Counted from the first letter of the stretch, positions 20,086 through 31,369 are shown. The stretch: DNA of 32,956 bases from Campylobacterales bacterium (GCA_027081495.1 JALWKJ010000233.1:1-32956), one strand, 5' to 3'. The notes: generated by a model not told the origin, from the letters alone. Program-made: numbers and translations.

Positions 20086-20493
20086 GTGTCACACAATGAA
20101 ATAATTCTAAACGATGATAGTTTCCTTGTTTCAGAAACGGACAAAAGAGGAGTTATTACTTTCGCAAGCGATGATTTTTGTAAAATCGCCGAATATGATG
20201 TAGATGAACTTATCGGTAAACCTCACAATATCGTCAGACACCCCGATATGCCCAAAGCCGCCTTTAAAGATCTATGGCAGACTGTTAAAAAAGGTAAAGT
20301 TTGGTCCGGTTTTGTGAAAAATAGATCTAAAACCGGAAAAACATACTGGGTTTACGCCACGGTCTATCCATATAAAAATAAAGACGGAAACGACGGATAT
20401 ATATCATGTCGTACAAAAGTTGCGTCAAGAGAGGAAATAGAGAAATATGACGCTTTATATAAACGAATGAAAGAGGAAGAGAGAAAAAAATAG
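20086..20493 (+). CDS. Stand-alone Aer/CetB-type PAS protein
   Basis: LVSETDKRGVITF, GKPHNIVRHPDMPKAAFKDLW and VKNRSKTGKTYWV; GTG start after AAGGA. Confidence 0.9.
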   Translation: MSHNEIILNDDSFLVSETDKRGVITFASDDFCKIAEYDVDELIGKPHNIVRHPDMPKAAFKDLWQTVKKGKVWSGFVKNRSKTGKTYWVYATVYPYKNKDGNDGYISCRTKVASREEIEKYDALYKRMKEEERKK

Positions 20494-20595
20494 TCGATTT
20501 TAGTAAATAAAAAATATCTTTTCAAAGCCGCTTGCAAAAAAAAATTTGATAATATGAATTAAACATACTTTCGACTATAAAGCAAGGAAAAATCT

Positions 20596-21489
20596 ATGAA
20601 ATGGAAAGATAGAAAAAGAAGCTCAAATGTAGAAGATAGACGCTCGTCTTCAGGTGGAGGAGGTTTTAAAATGCCTTCTCTTCAGACTCTGCTTTTTATA
20701 TATCCTCTGATAAAACCGCTTTTAAAGAGTAAAATAGGATTATTTGTCGTTGCGGTCGGAGCTATCGCGTATATTAGCGGGTTTAATCCTCTTTCTATCA
20801 TAAGCGGCTCAGGTCAAAATGCTCCGGCGACTAAAGAGCAAAAATTAAAAGACGATGAATCCGCGGCCTTTATGTCAACCGTATTGGCCGATACCGAAGA
20901 TGTGTGGTCGGCTATATTTAGAAATTCGGGTTATACATATAAACCTCCCAAAATGGTTCTATATAGAGGAAGTACCAGGAGCGGATGCGGATACGCAAAT
21001 GCGCAAATGGGACCGTTTTATTGTCCTAACGATCAGAAAATATATGTTGATTTGGGTTTTTTTGATGAACTAAAAAACAAATTTAAAGCATCGGGCGATT
21101 TCGCTCAAGCGTATGTATTGGCTCATGAAGTAGGGCACCATATACAAAATCTTCAAGGCACTCTCGAAAAGGTGGAGATGGCAAAACAAAGAAGCTATGG
21201 TAAAGCTGGACAAAACGCTCTTCAAGTTAAAGTCGAACTTCAGGCTGACTGTTACGCCGGTGTATGGACTCATCAAGCACAGAAAATGAAAAAGATACTT
21301 GAAAAAGGCGATATCGATGAAGCGTTAAATGCCGCAAGCGCTATCGGAGACGATCATATACAAAAACAGACAACCGGGTATGTTATGCCCGATAGTTTTA
21401 CGCACGGTACATCAAAACAGAGAATGAAGTGGTTTTATAGAGGACTCAAAAGCGGTGATTTGAGAGATTGTAATACATTTGGTGGTTGA
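20596..21489 (+). CDS. Neutral zinc metallopeptidase (YpfJ / Zn_peptidase family)
   Basis: SSNVEDRR, GPFYCP, AHEVGHH (HExxH), ELQADCYAG and SFTHG. Confidence 0.93.
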   Translation: MKWKDRKRSSNVEDRRSSSGGGGFKMPSLQTLLFIYPLIKPLLKSKIGLFVVAVGAIAYISGFNPLSIISGSGQNAPATKEQKLKDDESAAFMSTVLADTEDVWSAIFRNSGYTYKPPKMVLYRGSTRSGCGYANAQMGPFYCPNDQKIYVDLGFFDELKNKFKASGDFAQAYVLAHEVGHHIQNLQGTLEKVEMAKQRSYGKAGQNALQVKVELQADCYAGVWTHQAQKMKKILEKGDIDEALNAASAIGDDHIQKQTTGYVMPDSFTHGTSKQRMKWFYRGLKSGDLRDCNTFGG

Positions 21490-21513
21490 AAAAATTAAAG
21501 ATGATTTATTTTA

Positions 21514-21522
21514 TGTTATAAT
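21514..21522 (+). promoter_or_regulatory. Extended -10 promoter
   Basis: TGTTATAAT 26 nt upstream of ATG 21549. Confidence 0.55.
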
Positions 21523-21548
21523 TTTTAAATTATTTTAAAGGTTATAAC

Positions 21549-23093
21549 ATGTATAAAATATCTATCTTATTTCTTGTTCTTATTTTTCTAGGGTGTGGCG
21601 GCAGTAGTGAAAAAGAGAATATCCAAAAAGATCAAAATCATCCCGTAGAAACAAAAACGCAGAGTGAACCCGCTGTTTCGTTAACATCTCAGAAAGTTGA
21701 ACAAACACTATCTAAAATAAAAAACGATGCCGAAAATATCGTTCCTATAAATGAAAGCGATGCTCAAAATGTTATAACAGAGCCGCCGTTAAAGCCTTAT
21801 AGGGAAAAATCGGTAACCGTTTATGTTCACGGCTACGATAAAGACGGGGCGACATATGACTCTGTTTACGGTTATGACGCTTACGATCCGATGCTCGATA
21901 AACTAGTAAAGCTTACGGGATTTGATACGCTAAAAAGTTACAATCCCGAAAATTTTACGAATATTATTACTATAACCCCTTATTACGGATCAGTTGCTCC
22001 GGATTATTATAGTGATAAAGATAAAGAGGATATAGAAAAAATTACGCAAAAGTATGGAGGAGGAATTCCAAGATACGCTTTAATCGTAGCAAAATATGCT
22101 AAGCATGTTATGAAAATATCGGGAGCCGATCATGTAAATTTTATCGGCGCTAGTTTAGGAGCGCTTGTGGTTAGATGGATAATAGAAAAAAATGTTGAAA
22201 ATCTTGCATCGGAAAAAAAGATATTGCGTTGGCAAAGTATAGAAGGGGTTGTTAGAGGAAATAAGGTTGCTAGTAATGAAAACCTTGTAAAGTTTGTAAA
22301 TCTCATTCAAAAACAGCCCATAGATGTAAAACATATGAATTACAGCTGGATAGGAAAACATCTTCATACTCCGGTAGGTGAAGCTTCAAGCCCGTACTAT
22401 AAAGATATACTCGTATCTCAAATTAGTTCTACTAGAGCGACCGAACCTTTTAAGTGGCTTATGCCTAAAACCCCGAACGACGGTTATCAGGCGCTTAAAG
22501 ATACTTATTTTAAAAAGGTTGATGAAAATGTTAGATTCGACGGTTTAAATTTTGCCCATACTATTTTTCATCAAAGTCATTTAGGCATAAAAAAAGATCT
22601 TGGCGCATGGGCTGGTGTAGCGACATTTTTACTACCTCACAAAAGGGTGAAAATCACGCTAACGGGTGCTACTGTTGATAATTTGCATGAAAATATCTAT
22701 TTTTTTAACAAAAGCGCCGAGATAGTTTTTGCCAGTGAAGTTTTTTCTCCAAAAATTTACGAAAAATGGCAAATAAAAGATGCGATTGATGAAAGAGTTT
22801 ACGATAGCGGTGCTCTTGAAATACATAAATATAAAAAAAGAGGTCAGCATAAAAATTTTGAGCAGGTATTGTTTGACGGCTTCGTATTAAAAGACGAAGA
22901 AGTTTTAAATTTAAAACTATCCGGTTTTGAGATCGATCAAAACGATATGTACGGCGTGCATGACGAATTGAACAAAAGAGAAAAATTAGGTTCAATCGTT
23001 GTGGAGGCAAAATTAGAAAACCATACTTTTGATATTGCGGCGGATGAATGGAGCGGAAGCCTCAGAGTAGAGGTTTTCGATGTTTCTAGATAA
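21549..23093 (+). CDS. Lipoprotein with an alpha/beta-hydrolase domain and a C-terminal beta-rich domain
   Basis: Lipobox FLGC, VYVHGY, nucleophile elbow GASLG, NDG and SH candidates for the catalytic triad. Confidence 0.75.
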   Translation: MYKISILFLVLIFLGCGGSSEKENIQKDQNHPVETKTQSEPAVSLTSQKVEQTLSKIKNDAENIVPINESDAQNVITEPPLKPYREKSVTVYVHGYDKDGATYDSVYGYDAYDPMLDKLVKLTGFDTLKSYNPENFTNIITITPYYGSVAPDYYSDKDKEDIEKITQKYGGGIPRYALIVAKYAKHVMKISGADHVNFIGASLGALVVRWIIEKNVENLASEKKILRWQSIEGVVRGNKVASNENLVKFVNLIQKQPIDVKHMNYSWIGKHLHTPVGEASSPYYKDILVSQISSTRATEPFKWLMPKTPNDGYQALKDTYFKKVDENVRFDGLNFAHTIFHQSHLGIKKDLGAWAGVATFLLPHKRVKITLTGATVDNLHENIYFFNKSAEIVFASEVFSPKIYEKWQIKDAIDERVYDSGALEIHKYKKRGQHKNFEQVLFDGFVLKDEEVLNLKLSGFEIDQNDMYGVHDELNKREKLGSIVVEAKLENHTFDIAADEWSGSLRVEVFDVSR

Positions 23094-23158
23094 TATTTAA
23101 AACTATATAATTAAAAAACAGGTATCATGTGTTTGTAAAAAAAACAAAGGAGCATAAT

Positions 23159-23647
23159 ATGGCTGATTTTAAAGAAATAGTGGAAAAATCGAAAAAAGCG
23201 CTTGATAAACTTGAAGAAAAAGTTGAAGATATAAGCGAAGACTTTACTGACGAGGCGAAAGAGTTATGGGGTGATTTAAAAAAGAAATTTTCAGGCGTAA
23301 GCGAAAAATTAAAAGAGGGCATCGGCAGTGAAACGGATGAGCTAAAAGCGAATCTCGATGTGCTTGAAGCGAAACAAAAACTTCAGGACATAAAAGAGAG
23401 CGCTGAAGAATTTACTAAAAAAATTGCCGCTAAAGCCGAGGAAGAGCTGGATATAGCCGCGTTAAGGGCTCATCTTGCAAAGATGGAAGCCGAGGATTTG
23501 TGGGAAGAGAAGAAAAAAGAACTCTCTTATGAATTTCAAGAATCGCAACACAAAGTGAAAAAAATGGCGCAGGAGGCGGCTGAAGAAATTGAAGAGTATT
23601 TTACTTCTTTGATGAAAAATTTTACCGACGAGGGTAAAAAAGCTTAA
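23159..23647 (+). CDS. Hypothetical acidic all-helical protein
   Basis: ATG 23159 after SD AAGGAG; very E/K/A-rich, with internal repeats. Confidence 0.75.
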   Translation: MADFKEIVEKSKKALDKLEEKVEDISEDFTDEAKELWGDLKKKFSGVSEKLKEGIGSETDELKANLDVLEAKQKLQDIKESAEEFTKKIAAKAEEELDIAALRAHLAKMEAEDLWEEKKKELSYEFQESQHKVKKMAQEAAEEIEEYFTSLMKNFTDEGKKA

Positions 23648-23659
23648 TTTTTACAAATA

Positions 23660-23680
23660 GGGCGCTCTTAAGAGCTGCCC
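23660..23680. terminator. Inverted repeat between convergent genes, probable bidirectional terminator
   Basis: GGGC-GCTCTT/AAGAGC-T-GCCC. Confidence 0.6.
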
Positions 23681-23682
23681 GA

Positions 23683-24420
23683 TTAAAGCTCTTCATAGCT
23701 ATTTGGATCAAAAACGCTGTAAGTTGTACTTCCGTCGCTCAAACGAGTGATGACTCCGATTGTTCCCCATCCGTCGGCATAATATCTATCTATTCTTGCG
23801 CCCTCGATTGTTCCGCAGTAAAAGTGAAGGACGGATCCGTAAGTCATAGGAGGGTTTTGAGGATCGGGATATGCTTGTATCGGTATGATAGCCGTGATAT
23901 CGAAACTTTCGATTCTCTGTTTTAATACGCAAGCTCCTTTTTCGTTTCTTAGTAAATCTTCGTTTTTTCTTATAAGAACGGGATATTGTTCCGTACCTGA
24001 AAGGATATCGTTTGAATCGTAAGCGTTTACCGTAATATGATTTGGCGTAATCGTATCTTTTTCAACTAGTTTGTTATTCTCAAATATATGTATGATCGTA
24101 TCTCCTAAATCATCTTTTATTCCCTGTATTTGATGAGTCAAAATAGTTTTTTGTTGATTAAAATAGCCGCTTGGGTCTTCTGAAGTAACCGTATATCGTT
24201 TTTTTACTATGCCTCCGACTAGCGCTCGGTAAGGAAAGAGATATCCCGTTATATTAAAATCGACGCCGGTTCCTTGCATTTTGGGAGGAATAACGCTTGC
24301 CGTATATGTGTCGTCGTTTTGATAGTTCGTATCGTCAACATTAACGCTTTCGTTTCCAAGACATCCCGTTAAAACATACGCTATTGTCAAAATAGATATA
24401 AAATTTACCAATTTTTTCAT
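23683..24420 (-). CDS. Hypothetical beta-rich lipoprotein
   Basis: Lipobox LTGC; 245 aa; minus-strand TGCTAAAAT at 24459-24451. Confidence 0.75.
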   Translation of the reverse strand: MKKLVNFISILTIAYVLTGCLGNESVNVDDTNYQNDDTYTASVIPPKMQGTGVDFNITGYLFPYRALVGGIVKKRYTVTSEDPSGYFNQQKTILTHQIQGIKDDLGDTIIHIFENNKLVEKDTITPNHITVNAYDSNDILSGTEQYPVLIRKNEDLLRNEKGACVLKQRIESFDITAIIPIQAYPDPQNPPMTYGSVLHFYCGTIEGARIDRYYADGWGTIGVITRLSDGSTTYSVFDPNSYEEL

Positions 24421-24475
24421 GATCGTCCGCCTTTTTTGTTTGATAAGCGGATTTTAGCATTAAAATGTGAAAAAA

Positions 24476-24928
24476 TTAGCTTGCAAAAACCATCGCGTAT
24501 AAAATCCATCCCGTTATTACCGTCAAAACAAGATCTATAAAAACGATTTTGCCGTATTTTTTATGAGGAAATGTAAAATGCACGGGATATCTTTTTGAGG
24601 ATACGATAATAAGCCATAACCATAATATAGTCGAAGATACGGCAAATAACAAATGTATGCCGAATATGTAAAATAACTGACTTGTACCGTAGTATTTGCT
24701 TTGGGCTATGACGGCGTCCATTCCTCCGAAACTTATATCTAATTCCAAAGCGATAACAAGAAGATTTGTTATGACAAAAAGTGTGATTTGAGCCCATTTA
24801 TGCGTATCGTAATCCTCTTTTTTCGCAAATCTAATTGCCATCAGTAACATAATGGGTAAAAATGCGGATACCAACATCATTGTATCGACGATAATATCCG
24901 CTCTTGTTCCGAAAAAACCTTCCATCAT
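24476..24928 (-). CDS. DUF420-family membrane protein
   Basis: Four TMs, with His residues in THKWAQ, GIHLLFA and HKKYGK and a C-terminal TGWILY. Confidence 0.8.
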   Translation of the reverse strand: MMEGFFGTRADIIVDTMMLVSAFLPIMLLMAIRFAKKEDYDTHKWAQITLFVITNLLVIALELDISFGGMDAVIAQSKYYGTSQLFYIFGIHLLFAVSSTILWLWLIIVSSKRYPVHFTFPHKKYGKIVFIDLVLTVITGWILYAMVFAS

Positions 24929-25081
24929 CCCGCCTCAAATCAGTTATATAAAATTATTTTAATTATATCAAATAAAACTGTGATTTAAGTGAATATTTTA
25001 GTTTTAAAAAGCTATATTGAAAAGTTGTAAATCACTGTATGCAAAGAGGCTCTTTTTCATCTGACTAACTCGCATGATTTA

Positions 25082-25108
25082 TAAAGTTTTTTCAAAATTA
25101 TCCGATTT
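25082..25108 (+). promoter_or_regulatory. Sigma28 (FliA)-type promoter
   Basis: TAAAGTTT-N11-TCCGATTT, close to the consensus TAAAGTTT-N11-GCCGATAA. Confidence 0.75.
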
Positions 25109-25136
25109 AGAAAAAAATATTATAGGAAATTAAAAG

Positions 25137-27161
25137 ATGAAAACACCCCTTTCTTTACTAGTCGGATTTTTAAGTAGTATAGGATATAAAGCCAAGTTCG
25201 CTTTAATAGGCGTATTTGCGTTATCGTTTATGGGATACTTGGTATTTAGCTTAATTTCCCAAAGAAATCAACAAATAGAATTTACGCAAAAAGAGCTTAT
25301 AGGAGCTCAAGTAATCGTTCCCGTAAAAGAGCTGTTTATAAACACCCAAAAACTAAGAGGAACGACGATGTCGTATATTTCAGGGAATAAATCTTTAAAG
25401 CCGACCATCTTTCAGTTACAAGAGAAAGTGAAGAAAAATTTAAACGATATTGAAAAAACTCTTATCTCGGTCAATGATCAAATTTCGGGTGTCGATGAAA
25501 GAGCGAAAACCATAAAAAATCATCTATTTACTCTTATGCCCGCTTCTTTATCTCTTGCGGAAGATGGAGTTTTTAAAAGATATACGAAAATTATAAATGA
25601 AGAAATTGCCCTTATCGTAAATATCGGAGATATGTCAAATCTTATTTTGGATCCCGAGCTTGATAGTTTTTATCTTATGGACGCGGTAATAAATAAATTG
25701 CCTCTTATAATTGAAAATATCGGAAAATCAAGAGGTTTAAGCGCCGCAATCGTAAATAAAAAAAGCATTACGCAAAAAGAGTTAAGAGCGTTGAGCGAAT
25801 ATATGCCTCAACTTATGGGAGAGATAAAATTACTTGAAAGCGGATTTGAAACGGCATATAAAACAAATCCCATACTCAAAGAACGACTAGATCGGATTAA
25901 GAGCGAACTTGTAAAATATGTTTATAAATTTGAAACAAGCGTCAATAATCATGTGCTTGAAAATCAAGATATAAATTCCGCCGCAATTTTTGATCAAGGG
26001 ACAAAAGCGATAGAAAAAGCCAATCTTTTATATAACAAGGCGGATAAAGAACTTAAAGATATTTTGAGTCAAAGATTGACGGATTTAAAAAATAGAAGAA
26101 CATTTGATTTGATATCGGCGGTATTGTTTACATTTATGTTGGCCGTTATCTTTTACGCGTTTTATCAATCCGTAAGCGGTATGGTTCTTTCCGTAGTAAG
26201 ACAAATGAAAGAGATCGAAGAATCGAGAGATCTTACAAAAGATCTAGTCATCGACTCTAAAGATGAATTAAAAGAGATAGCTATAGCTTATAATTCTCTT
26301 AGATTATCCATACAAAGCGCGATGAGAGACGCGTTAAATGCGGTTGATAGTAGTAATAAAAACGCAAAACATATGTTGCAAGAATCAAAAGAGATAGACG
26401 GCAACAGTAAATATATGTCAAGCGTCGTCTCTGAAATAGCTCAAAAGGGTGAAGATATCAAAGAAGAGTTGGAAAGTTCAAAAGAGTTGGCGCTTAACGC
26501 AAAAGATCAGATCAATTCGGCATTTAAAACTCTTGAAAATACTACTCTTTCAATTGAAGGGCTAGCTAAACAGGTAGAAGAGAGCAGTCATAAAGAGATG
26601 GAAATGGCAGATAAGATAAATCGATTGAGCAATGACGCAAACGATGTAAAAAATGTTCTGGAAGTTATAAACGATATAGCCGAACAAACAAATCTTTTAG
26701 CTCTAAATGCCGCGATAGAAGCCGCTCGCGCGGGAGAACATGGAAGAGGTTTTGCCGTTGTTGCGGATGAAGTGAGACAGCTTGCCGAAAAAACACAAAA
26801 ATCTTTGACTGAAATCAACGCCACTATAAGCGTTATTACCCAAAATATTTTGGAAGCAAGCGACGAAATGAATCAAAATGCCAAAAATATTTCAACTATG
26901 GCAAAAACCTCGCAAGAGACAAAAAACGAGATTGAAAGAGTAAATGAAATCATGAAGGAGACTACTTCTTTGATAGAAGAATCCTATAAAAGCGTAGTTA
27001 AAAATAGCGACGGCGTAGAAAAAATGGCTCAAGATTTAAAAAACGCCGACAAAGTGTCGGAGACGACGACTAGCAAAATAGCGTTTATAAGCCAAAGCTC
27101 AAACGAGCTTGCATCAAAGGTAAATGAAATTAAAGAAAAAGTAGGTATATTTCAGCTTTAA
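25137..27161 (+). CDS. Methyl-accepting chemotaxis protein with a large helical (NIT-like) periplasmic domain
   Basis: Two TMs, [26 protein letters not shown] (SKDELKEIA) and the MCP signalling hairpin. Confidence 0.92.
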   Translation: MKTPLSLLVGFLSSIGYKAKFALIGVFALSFMGYLVFSLISQRNQQIEFTQKELIGAQVIVPVKELFINTQKLRGTTMSYISGNKSLKPTIFQLQEKVKKNLNDIEKTLISVNDQISGVDERAKTIKNHLFTLMPASLSLAEDGVFKRYTKIINEEIALIVNIGDMSNLILDPELDSFYLMDAVINKLPLIIENIGKSRGLSAAIVNKKSITQKELRALSEYMPQLMGEIKLLESGFETAYKTNPILKERLDRIKSELVKYVYKFETSVNNHVLENQDINSAAIFDQGTKAIEKANLLYNKADKELKDILSQRLTDLKNRRTFDLISAVLFTFMLAVIFYAFYQSVSGMVLSVVRQMKEIEESRDLTKDLVIDSKDELKEIAIAYNSLRLSIQSAMRDALNAVDSSNKNAKHMLQESKEIDGNSKYMSSVVSEIAQKGEDIKEELESSKELALNAKDQINSAFKTLENTTLSIEGLAKQVEESSHKEMEMADKINRLSNDANDVKNVLEVINDIAEQTNLLALNAAIEAARAGEHGRGFAVVADEVRQLAEKTQKSLTEINATISVITQNILEASDEMNQNAKNISTMAKTSQETKNEIERVNEIMKETTSLIEESYKSVVKNSDGVEKMAQDLKNADKVSETTTSKIAFISQSSNELASKVNEIKEKVGIFQL

Positions 27162-27186
27162 TTAAAAATTAGCTATTATTTCTCTT

Positions 27187-27762
27187 ATGAAAAATAAAGA
27201 GAAATTTGAACAATCGGTAAAAAATATGCTTCACATCATAGGTGAAGATCCAAAAAGGGAGGGACTTTTAAAAACTCCCGAGAGAGTTTATAAAGCTTTT
27301 GGTTTTTTGACAAGAGGCTATAAAATAGATCCGAAAGAGGTTTTGAACGAAGCGCTATTTACAAGCAGCAATGACGAGATGGTGCTTATAAGAGACATAG
27401 AGTTTTATTCTATGTGCGAACATCATCTTTTGCCGATTATCGGGCGTGCTCATGTGGCGTATATCCCCGACGGAAAAGTAGTCGGGCTTTCAAAAATCCC
27501 GCGTATGGTCGAAGTCTTTGCAAGACGCCTTCAAATACAAGAGCAGATGACAGAACAGATAGCCGACGCGATCAAAGATGTTATAAAACCAAAAGGCGTA
27601 GGTGTCGTTATTCAAGCAAGACATATGTGTATGGAGATGAGAGGGGTTGAAAAAGTGAATTCAATCACTACTACTTCGGCTCTTAGGGGTATGTTTCGCA
27701 GACAAAAAACTCGCAGCGAGTTTTTAAATTTTGTAAATACTCCTCCTTCAGTAAGATTTTGA
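27187..27762 (+). CDS. folE: GTP cyclohydrolase I
   Basis: [23 protein letters not shown] and HMCMEMRG. Confidence 0.97.
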   Translation: MKNKEKFEQSVKNMLHIIGEDPKREGLLKTPERVYKAFGFLTRGYKIDPKEVLNEALFTSSNDEMVLIRDIEFYSMCEHHLLPIIGRAHVAYIPDGKVVGLSKIPRMVEVFARRLQIQEQMTEQIADAIKDVIKPKGVGVVIQARHMCMEMRGVEKVNSITTTSALRGMFRRQKTRSEFLNFVNTPPSVRF

Positions 27763-29066
27763 TGAAATTCGAGTCGATAAAAAAGAGGCTTAAAGAGAGC
27801 GATATCGTTATCAGATTCGGTCAGATAGAAAATATAAACGCATCAAATATCGAAATAACCGGACTATCGCCAAGTATCGGCGATATTATCAAAATAATAA
27901 CTTCTTCGGGACAAGAGCGCCTTTCAATGGTAACGGAACTCAAAAAGAGCTCCTTTTTCGTTTCTCCTTTCGGTTTTGTAGAAGGGCTTAAAATCGGCGA
28001 TAAAGCATATATAGACGAAGAGGGTTTAAGCATTCCCGTAAGCGACGCTCTTTTGGGAAGAGTGGTCGATCCTCTTATGAGAGCCAAAGACGGTAAAGGA
28101 GATATCGTCTCAAATATAAAGATGCCGATTATAAAAGAGCCGATAGATGCCATGAAAAGAGGGCTTATTGAAGAGAAATTTTCTGTCGGAGTAAAGACGA
28201 TAGACGCGCTGTTAACTACGGGTACGGGACAGAAAGTCGGTATATTTGCCGGAAGCGGCGTTGGAAAATCGACACTTATGGGCATGATTGTAAGAGGAGC
28301 GCAAGCGCCCGTAAAAGTTGTTGCTCTTATAGGTGAAAGAGGTCGCGAAATACCGGAGTTTATAGCTAAAAATCTTGGAGGAGATCTTAAAGATACCGTT
28401 ATCGTCGTCGCTACAAGCGATGATTCGTCGTTGATGAGAAAATATGGAGCTTTTTCCGCAATGAGCGTTGCGGAGTATTTCAAAGAACAAGGAAGAGATG
28501 TTCTTTTTATCATGGATTCCGTAACTCGTTTCGCTATGGCTCAAAGAGAAATAGGATTGACTCTTGGAGAACCTCCGACGACAAAAGGATATCCTCCCTC
28601 CGCTCTTACGATTTTAGCTCAACTTATGGAGAGAGCCGGAAAAGAGGAGGGCAAAGGATCTATCACGGCATTTTTTACCGTTTTGATAGAAGGCGACGAT
28701 ATGAGCGATCCGATAGCCGATCAAAGTAGAAGTATTTTAGACGGACATATCGTTCTTAGTCGAGAAATGACCGATTTTGGAATCTATCCTCCTATCAATA
28801 TACTAAATTCGGCCTCAAGAGTCATGAATGATGTTATCGACCAAAAACACAAAGCGGCGGCTATGAAGTTTAAAAGGATGTTTTCGCTATTAAAAGAGAA
28901 TGAAGTTCTCATAAGAATAGGCGCGTATAGTAAAGGTAACGATCCCCAGCTCGATGAAGCGATAGATAAAAAAGAGCAGATGGAAGAGTTTATGAAACAA
29001 AATCCCGGCGAATATATCGATTTTGAAGAGACAAAAAAGCTACTTATAAACATAAGTAATGTTTAA
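27762..29066 (+). CDS. fliI: Flagellar export ATPase FliI
   Basis: GSGVGKST, ALIGERGRE, DSVTRFAMAQREIG and SILDGHIVLSR; likely ATG at 27762 (TGATG overlap with folE). Confidence 0.95.
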   Translation: MKFESIKKRLKESDIVIRFGQIENINASNIEITGLSPSIGDIIKIITSSGQERLSMVTELKKSSFFVSPFGFVEGLKIGDKAYIDEEGLSIPVSDALLGRVVDPLMRAKDGKGDIVSNIKMPIIKEPIDAMKRGLIEEKFSVGVKTIDALLTTGTGQKVGIFAGSGVGKSTLMGMIVRGAQAPVKVVALIGERGREIPEFIAKNLGGDLKDTVIVVATSDDSSLMRKYGAFSAMSVAEYFKEQGRDVLFIMDSVTRFAMAQREIGLTLGEPPTTKGYPPSALTILAQLMERAGKEEGKGSITAFFTVLIEGDDMSDPIADQSRSILDGHIVLSREMTDFGIYPPINILNSASRVMNDVIDQKHKAAAMKFKRMFSLLKENEVLIRIGAYSKGNDPQLDEAIDKKEQMEEFMKQNPGEYIDFEETKKLLINISNV

Positions 29067-29080
29067 TAAAAGAAATAGTA

Positions 29081-30314
<1,234 letters not shown>

Positions 30315-30346
30315 AAATAAAAAAAGATACAAAATAAGGATAAAAA

Positions 30347-31333
30347 ATGGGATTTGATAGTTTAATAGGCGGTTCCATATGGGATGAATACAGCCAAAAT
30401 GTTCAAGACCGTATGAATAACCCCAAACATATGGGCGAGATTACGGAAGAGGATGCAAAAAAACTCGGCGGTAAGTTGGTTGTTGCCGATTTTGGAGCTG
30501 AGAGTTGTGGAGATGCGGTTCGTCTTTATTGGGTAGTCGATGAAAAAACCGATAAAATTTTAGATGCGAAATTCAAAAGTTTCGGATGCGGTACGGCAAT
30601 AGCCAGCTCGGATGTTATGGCTGAGCTTACAATCGGAAAAACCGTTGATGAAGCGGTGAAAATTACGAATATAGATGTCGAACACGCTCTAAGAGACAAT
30701 CCGGACACTCCCGCCGTACCTCCCCAAAAGATGCACTGTTCCGTCATGGCGTATGATGTTATAAAAAAAGCGGCCGCAGAGTATAAAGGCGTGGATATGG
30801 AGAGTTTTGAGTCGGAAACGATCGTATGCGAATGCGCTAGGGTGAGTTTAGGAACTCTACGAGAAGTAATTAGACTAAACGATCTAAAAACCGTTGAGGA
30901 AATCACGGACTATACTAAAGCCGGAGCGTTTTGTAAAAGTTGTATAAAGCCCGGAGGTCATGAAGAAAGAGAGTATTATCTTGTAGATATACTTGCCGAA
31001 GTTCGTGGCGAAATGGAGGCGGAAAAAGTAAAAGCGGCCGCAGATTCCGCTGCCGGTATAGGCGAGGAAGTGCCGTTTGCCCAAATGACGCTGGTTCAAA
31101 AACTTAAAAAAGTAGAAGCCGTGTTAGATGAAAACATTCGCCAAATGCTTGTAATGGACGGTGGAAATCTTGAAGTTTTGGATATCAAAGAGAGCAGCGG
31201 ACATATAGATATATATATTCGATATCTCGGCGCTTGCAGCGGTTGCGCAAGCAGTTCTACCGGAACGCTTTACGCTATCGAGGCTACGCTGAAAGAGAAA
31301 TTGGACGAAAGTATAAGAGTATTGCCTATATAA
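30347..31333 (+). CDS. nifU: Fe-S cluster scaffold NifU (three-domain form)
   Basis: SCGDA, FGCGTAIAS, KMHCS; central CEC...CKSC; C-terminal GACSGC. Confidence 0.95.
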   Translation: MGFDSLIGGSIWDEYSQNVQDRMNNPKHMGEITEEDAKKLGGKLVVADFGAESCGDAVRLYWVVDEKTDKILDAKFKSFGCGTAIASSDVMAELTIGKTVDEAVKITNIDVEHALRDNPDTPAVPPQKMHCSVMAYDVIKKAAAEYKGVDMESFESETIVCECARVSLGTLREVIRLNDLKTVEEITDYTKAGAFCKSCIKPGGHEEREYYLVDILAEVRGEMEAEKVKAAADSAAGIGEEVPFAQMTLVQKLKKVEAVLDENIRQMLVMDGGNLEVLDIKESSGHIDIYIRYLGACSGCASSSTGTLYAIEATLKEKLDESIRVLPI

Positions 31334-31369
31334 GGCGCTCTTATAGCCTCAAATGTGTTGACGATTTAT

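Noticed and set aside
20536-20544. Poly-A tract (and the C6 run near 8301) as phase-variation sites
   Set aside because: Short A runs are common in this AT-rich DNA, no G/C tract of 8 or more was seen, and the ORFs are intact.
26670-26790. Near-identical DNA shared with about 32100-32215 and about 19700-19820
   Set aside because: This is explained by the conserved MCP signalling hairpin and is not a mobile repeat.
27821-28513. 230-aa antisense ORF inside fliI (likewise the 166-aa ORF at 3885-4385 in nrdA and other nested ORFs)
   Set aside because: They lie antisense to highly conserved genes, show no motifs and have the composition typical of shadow frames.
27762-29066. Type III secretion injectisome ATPase
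   Set aside because: The folE-fliI linkage and the surrounding chemotaxis genes indicate the ordinary flagellar FliI.
31334-31343. GGCGCTCTTA shared with the hairpin at 23661 as a REP-like repeat
   Set aside because: Only two 10-bp intergenic copies were noticed, with different flanks, which is insufficient evidence.
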